Source: Actinomycetota bacterium (GTDB lineage: Bacteria > Actinomycetota > JAICYB01). From it: a stretch of DNA of 58,301 nucleotides. Numbering within the stretch: position 1 is the stretch's first letter; each line of letters opens with the position of its first letter. The DNA lies in contig DATLNZ010000086.1 of the NCBI GenBank assembly GCA_035536535.1, forward strand, positions 1 to 58,301, read 5' to 3'. Below are positions 53,974-58,301 of the stretch, piece after piece. A model generated the notes under the pieces. That model did not search any database and had not been told where the DNA came from. It was given only the letters and a program-made list of their open reading frames with translations. The translations under genes were made by a program, and so were the position numbers.

Positions 53974-55509
53974 ATGGACCGCATCCCGATCAAGCGCGCG
54001 TTGCTGTCCGTCTACGACAAGACGGGTCTGGTCGAGCTCGCCCGGGCCCTGAGCGACTCGGGGGCCGAGCTTGTCTCGTCCGGGGGCACCGCTTCGGCCC
54101 TGCGCGACGCCGGCCTGACGGTGCGCGACGTGTCGGAGCTGACATCGTTTCCGGAGATGCTCGACGGCAGGGTCAAGACGCTGCATCCCGCCGTGCACGG
54201 CGGGATCCTCGCCGACCGCTCTAAGCCGGAGCACCTGCGGACCCTGGCCGAGCACGGCATCGAGCCCATCGACCTGGTGGTCTCCAACCTCTACCCCTTC
54301 GATATCCAGGTCGGGCCTGGTACTCCGGAGGCCGAGGCGGTCTCCCTCATCGATGTGGGCGGACCGACGATGGTGCGCGCGGCGGCCAAAAACCACTCGT
54401 CGGTCGCGGTGGTGGTCGACCCGGAGGACTACGGAGAGGTCGCGTCCGCCGCGGGCGCGGGGGGCACGACCCTCGAGACGCGCAAACGGCTGGCCGCCAA
54501 GGCTTTCACCCGGCTTTCGGCATACGACGCGGCCGTCGGGTCATGGTTGTCGGGGCCGGAGCCGCTCCCGGAGCAGCTCACGCTCAGCGCACAGCGGGTG
54601 TCGACGCTGCGGTACGGAGAGAACCCACACCAAAGCGCGGCGCTATACAGGCTCCCCGGCGCCCGACGCGGTGTGGCAGCCGGCAGGCAGCTGCAGGGCA
54701 AGGAGCTTTCGTTCATCAACTACCTGGACCTGGATGCCGCCATGAGGATCGTCGCGTCGTTCCGCGAGCCCGCCGCCTGCATCGTGAAGCACACCAACCC
54801 CTGCGGCGCGGCCGTGGGCGAGGACGCGGAGGAGGCCTACCGCCTGGCTTTCGAGTGCGACCCCAGATCGGCCTTCGGGGGCATCGTCGGGTTGAACAGG
54901 CCGTGTACAGCCGAGGTTGCGGGGCGGCTCAAGGACCACCCGCTTCTGGAGTGCGTGGTGGCTCCTGGGTATGACCCGGCAGCGCTGGAGCTTTTGTCAG
55001 GCAAGAAGAACGCGAGGTTGATCGACGTCTCCCCGGACGAGTGGAAGCTGGATCCGGTGTCGGTAACCAGCGTCAGCGGGGGCCTTCTGCTGCAGACCAC
55101 CGACGAGGTCTCCGAGCGCCGCGACGACATGCGCGTGGTCTCCAAGCGAGAGCCGTCCGACGTCGAGTGGGAGGACCTGCTGTTCGCCTGGACGATCTGC
55201 TGGCACGTGAAGTCCAACGCGATCGTCCTGGCCAACCTCAGACAGGCGGTCGGGGTGGGGGCCGGCCAGATGTCCCGGGTGGAGTCCATGGAGATCGCGA
55301 TCCGGCGCGCCGGGGACCGCGCGAAGGGCTCCGTGGCGGCGTCCGATGCCCTGTTCCCCTTTGGCGACTCGGTGGAGACGGCGGCCGCGGCGGGAGTCAC
55401 CGCGATCATCCAGCCTGGCGGAGCCGTGCGCGACGAGGAGTCGATCGCCGCCGCGGACGCGGCCGACGTGGCGATGGTGTTCACGGGAGTCCGTCACTTT
55501 CTGCACTGA
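53974..55509 (+). CDS. purH: bifunctional AICAR transformylase / IMP cyclohydrolase
   Basis: RALLSVYDKTGL, GRVKTLHP.VHGGIL, VVSNLYPF, IVKHTNPCG, and C-terminal FTGVRHFLH. Confidence 0.95.
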   Translation: MDRIPIKRALLSVYDKTGLVELARALSDSGAELVSSGGTASALRDAGLTVRDVSELTSFPEMLDGRVKTLHPAVHGGILADRSKPEHLRTLAEHGIEPIDLVVSNLYPFDIQVGPGTPEAEAVSLIDVGGPTMVRAAAKNHSSVAVVVDPEDYGEVASAAGAGGTTLETRKRLAAKAFTRLSAYDAAVGSWLSGPEPLPEQLTLSAQRVSTLRYGENPHQSAALYRLPGARRGVAAGRQLQGKELSFINYLDLDAAMRIVASFREPAACIVKHTNPCGAAVGEDAEEAYRLAFECDPRSAFGGIVGLNRPCTAEVAGRLKDHPLLECVVAPGYDPAALELLSGKKNARLIDVSPDEWKLDPVSVTSVSGGLLLQTTDEVSERRDDMRVVSKREPSDVEWEDLLFAWTICWHVKSNAIVLANLRQAVGVGAGQMSRVESMEIAIRRAGDRAKGSVAASDALFPFGDSVETAAAAGVTAIIQPGGAVRDEESIAAADAADVAMVFTGVRHFLH

Positions 55510-55623
55510 CGTACTTCCCGAGGACTTCGTGGGCGACTCTGCTGATCACCGGGCGCGCCGGCGCCGGGACCGCCGCGATCTGCGACCATATGGCCAGGTT
55601 CAACTACGGAAGGGATACATACC

Positions 55624-56721
55624 GTGAAGCCGCCTGAGACGACTCTCGGACTGCAGGGAATCGACCATCTCGAGTTCTGGGTGGGCAACGCCCGCGCGTG
55701 CGCCGGTTTTCTGGCCTCGCACTTCGGGTTCGACCTCGCCGCCTACTGCGGGCCCGAGACGGGCGTTCGGGACCGCGCTTCGTACCTGCTCGAGCAGGGA
55801 GAGATCAGGTTCGTGTTCACGGGCGCCATGGCCCCCGAGTCGGAGATTGCCGAGCACGTCAGGCTGCACGGCGACGGCGTGCGAGACGTAGCCTTCCTGG
55901 TCACCGATGCGGAGGCCGCATTCCGCGGCGCCTTGGAGCGGGGCGCGACGGCGGCCCGGGAACCCGAGGTGATCGAAGACGACACCGGCAAGATCGTCCG
56001 GGCCTCCATATGCGCCTACGGCGACACCCGCCACACCTTCGTCGAGCGCTCCGCCTACTCCGGCCGGTTCCTCCCCGGGTTCGGGGAGCCGCGGCACACG
56101 CGGCCCTGCGGTCCGGATGTGGGGCTCAAGCACGTCGATCATGTCGTCGCCAACGTCCAGGACATGAAGCCGTGGGTGGCCTTCTACGAAAAGGTGCTGG
56201 GCTTCGGCGAGATGACCAAGTTCACAGACGACGACATATCCACGGAGTACTCGGCTCTCATGTCCACGGTCGTGGAGGGCGGCGGGGGCAAGATCGTCCT
56301 GCCCATCAACGAGCCGGCGACGGGAAAGCGCAAGTCTCAGATCGAGGAGTACCTGGACTTCTACCGGGGGCCGGGGGTCCAGCACATCGCGATGCGGACC
56401 GAGGACATCGTGAAGGCCGTCTCGGCGCTGCGCGAGCGGGGCGTCAGATTCCTGCGGATCCCGGACACCTACTACGCCGACGTGACCGAACGACTGTCGG
56501 ACCTCGACCTGGACTGGCGCACGCTCCAGGACCTCGGAATCCTCGTGGACCGCGACCACGACGGCTACCTGTTGCAGATCTTCACGGAGAACGTCATGGA
56601 CCGCCCCACGGTGTTCTTCGAGATCATCCAGCGCGAGGGGTCACGCGGGTTCGGCGCCGGCAACTTCAAGGCGCTGTTCGTCGCGCTCGAGCGCGAGCAG
56701 GAGAGCCGGGGCAACCTGTAA
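55624..56721 (+). CDS. hppD: 4-hydroxyphenylpyruvate dioxygenase
   Basis: IDHLEFWVGNA, HGDGVRDVAF, IDHVVANV, SQIEEYLDFYRGPGVQHIA, and GNFKALFVALEREQ. Confidence 0.9.
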   Translation: MKPPETTLGLQGIDHLEFWVGNARACAGFLASHFGFDLAAYCGPETGVRDRASYLLEQGEIRFVFTGAMAPESEIAEHVRLHGDGVRDVAFLVTDAEAAFRGALERGATAAREPEVIEDDTGKIVRASICAYGDTRHTFVERSAYSGRFLPGFGEPRHTRPCGPDVGLKHVDHVVANVQDMKPWVAFYEKVLGFGEMTKFTDDDISTEYSALMSTVVEGGGGKIVLPINEPATGKRKSQIEEYLDFYRGPGVQHIAMRTEDIVKAVSALRERGVRFLRIPDTYYADVTERLSDLDLDWRTLQDLGILVDRDHDGYLLQIFTENVMDRPTVFFEIIQREGSRGFGAGNFKALFVALEREQESRGNL

Positions 56722-56734
56722 AGGGAGGCACGAG

Positions 56735-57850
56735 ATGTTGGGTCTGCCGCAGTGGGTGAAGGGCAGGACCAGCAGGCAGGCGCACGTCGCCTTGCCTGCG
56801 GGGACGGTCGAGGAGGAGCATGGCCGCCTCGGCTTCTTCGGCGCCGCGAGCCACCTCTACAGGCTCCACGCGCCCACCGGATGGACGTCGGTGAAGGGTC
56901 CCGCCGCGCACCACGCGCTGGACTGCACCCAGCTCAAGACCCCCGACGGCCTGTGGCCGACGTCCCTGCTGTACAACGCCGACCTGCACATCGGATTCCA
57001 GCGCTACGAGACGGGGCGTCCGGAATTCCTGCGAAACGCAGACGCCGACGAGCTGTACTTCGTGCACGTCGGGTCCGGGCTGCTGCGCACCGAGTACGGC
57101 CCCCTGCGTTACGGCGAGGGCGACTACATCGTCATGCCGCGCGGCGTGACCTACCGGTTTGAGATCGCCGAGCCCACGTCTTTGCTGTGGGTGCAGAACC
57201 TGTCCGGGCTGATCGACCTCCCGGACCGGGGCATCCTCGGCCGCCATGCGCTGTTCGACCCGGCGGTCCTGGAGGTCCCGGAGGCCGAGGCGGTGGAGGA
57301 GGAGGGCGAGTTCGTCATCGCCGTGAAGCGCATGGGCGAGACCACGCTCGTCACCTACCCGTTCCACCCGTGCGACGCGGTCGGCTGGAAGGGCGACCTG
57401 GCCCCGATGCGGCTGAACGTCACCGACATCCGTCCGATCGCCTCGCCGCGCTACCACCTGCCGCCATCCGCGCACTCCACCTGGGAGGGCAACGGATTCG
57501 TCGTGTGCACCTTCGCGCCGCGGCCGGGCGAGGAGGACCCGGAGGCGCTCAAGCTGCCCTTCTACCACCGCAACATCGACTACGACGAGGTGATCTTCTA
57601 CCACTCGGGCAACTTCATGTCCCGTGAGGGCATAGAAGCCGGGATGCTGACGTTCCACCCGCACGGCCTGCACCACGGACCGCAGCCGAATGCCGTCAAA
57701 CGGGCCGCTGCGGCGCCGCAGTCGGGCCCCCGGATGCTGGACGAGTACGCGGTGATGATCGACAGCCGCCAGCCGCTGCTGGTGTCCGACGCGGCGCTGA
57801 AGGTGGATGTCTCGGGCTACGAGATGTCCTGGGCCGACGCCGGGCAGTGA
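56735..57850 (+). CDS. hmgA: homogentisate 1,2-dioxygenase family protein (short form)
   Basis: Cupin-type core DELYFVHVGSG..GDYIVMPRGVTYRF and FHPHGLHHGP. It sits between hppD and an FAH gene. Confidence 0.75.
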   Translation: MLGLPQWVKGRTSRQAHVALPAGTVEEEHGRLGFFGAASHLYRLHAPTGWTSVKGPAAHHALDCTQLKTPDGLWPTSLLYNADLHIGFQRYETGRPEFLRNADADELYFVHVGSGLLRTEYGPLRYGEGDYIVMPRGVTYRFEIAEPTSLLWVQNLSGLIDLPDRGILGRHALFDPAVLEVPEAEAVEEEGEFVIAVKRMGETTLVTYPFHPCDAVGWKGDLAPMRLNVTDIRPIASPRYHLPPSAHSTWEGNGFVVCTFAPRPGEEDPEALKLPFYHRNIDYDEVIFYHSGNFMSREGIEAGMLTFHPHGLHHGPQPNAVKRAAAAPQSGPRMLDEYAVMIDSRQPLLVSDAALKVDVSGYEMSWADAGQ

Positions 57851-58301
57851 AGCTCGTCAGGTTCAGGTCCGACCCCGGCGACACCGTCTGGGGCGGGTAT
57901 ATGCAGGACGGCCACGCCGTCCCGGTTTTGCGGTCCGACGGGCAGGGGGGCCTTGCGCTCCTGGTGGACCTGGCGATGTCGCACATCTCCGGGAACCGGC
58001 TCGAGCCTTGCGCTGACCCGGTGCCTCTGGAGTCCGTCCGGCTGCTGGCTCCCGTCCCGGCCCCCCCATCGGTCCGGGACTTCTATGCGTTCGAGCAGCA
58101 CGTGCGGACGGCACGGGCGCAGCGGGGGCTGGACATGGAGCCGGACTGGTACCAGCTGCCGATCTTCTACTTCACCAACCCGGCCACCATCTACGGCCCG
58201 GGCGAGGAGGTCCCGCACCCGGCCACCGACGCCCTCGACTACGAGCTGGAGGCGGCAGTGGTGGTGGGCCGCGACGGCTCGGACCTGAGCCCCGAGCAGG
58301 C
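57847..58301 (+). CDS. fumarylacetoacetate hydrolase (FAH) family protein, N-terminal fragment (3' end outside window)
   Basis: Absent from the track because there is no stop in the window. GTG 57847 overlaps the hmgA stop (GTGA). Translation VKLVRFRSD...PSVRDFYAFEQHV...PIFYFTNPATIYGP...LDYELEAAVVVG fits the FAH family. Confidence 0.8.
   Translation, partial: MKLVRFRSDPGDTVWGGYMQDGHAVPVLRSDGQGGLALLVDLAMSHISGNRLEPCADPVPLESVRLLAPVPAPPSVRDFYAFEQHVRTARAQRGLDMEPDWYQLPIFYFTNPATIYGPGEEVPHPATDALDYELEAAVVVGRDGSDLSPEQ

Overview
This is a dense, very GC-rich chromosomal segment. Codon third positions are almost all G/C, which produces many long spurious antisense ORFs in the track. Gene content and synteny look like Actinomycetota. 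The markers are the proC / excisionase-like HTH / bS22 / GalE2-like / acyltransferase block, a CIRCE-controlled groEL2 ending in GGM repeats, GuaB3, rex next to hem genes, and pcrA...sucCD...purNH.

I call about 60 protein genes, and most are housekeeping:
- Tetrapyrrole synthesis: hemC, hemD, hemB, hemL.
- Purine synthesis: guaB3, guaA, purN, purH.
- TCA cycle: sucC, sucD.
- Tyrosine catabolism: hppD, hmgA, and an FAH-family gene.
- Trehalose: treT, otsA.
- Also groEL2, pcrA, crp, rex, ccdA, rpiB, fadD, a fused accD-accA and several ABC systems.

I found no rRNA, tRNA, CRISPR array, transposase, integrase or phage genes.

The most unusual content, in my judgement:
1. A cobalamin-riboswitch-controlled five-gene ECF transporter operon (27695->22258, minus strand). 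Its first two genes encode secreted DUF4430-type proteins. One of them is fused to a terpenoid-cyclase-like alpha/alpha toroid, giving a transcobalamin-like two-domain layout.
2. A protein just downstream of groEL2 that combines an HTH, a Clp N-domain and two ClpX-type zinc-binding domains.
3. Two tandem 188-aa secreted paralogs of unknown family with long, colinear, partly conserved leaders.
4. A Clp1/Grc3-type P-loop polynucleotide-kinase-like gene inserted into the conserved proC-bS22 block.
5. An unknown 126-codon ORF translationally wedged between sucC and sucD.

All calls come from reading the translated ORFs, start and stop contexts and motifs by eye. No database or covariance-model search was run. 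Family names are motif-based recognitions, and starts are best guesses.
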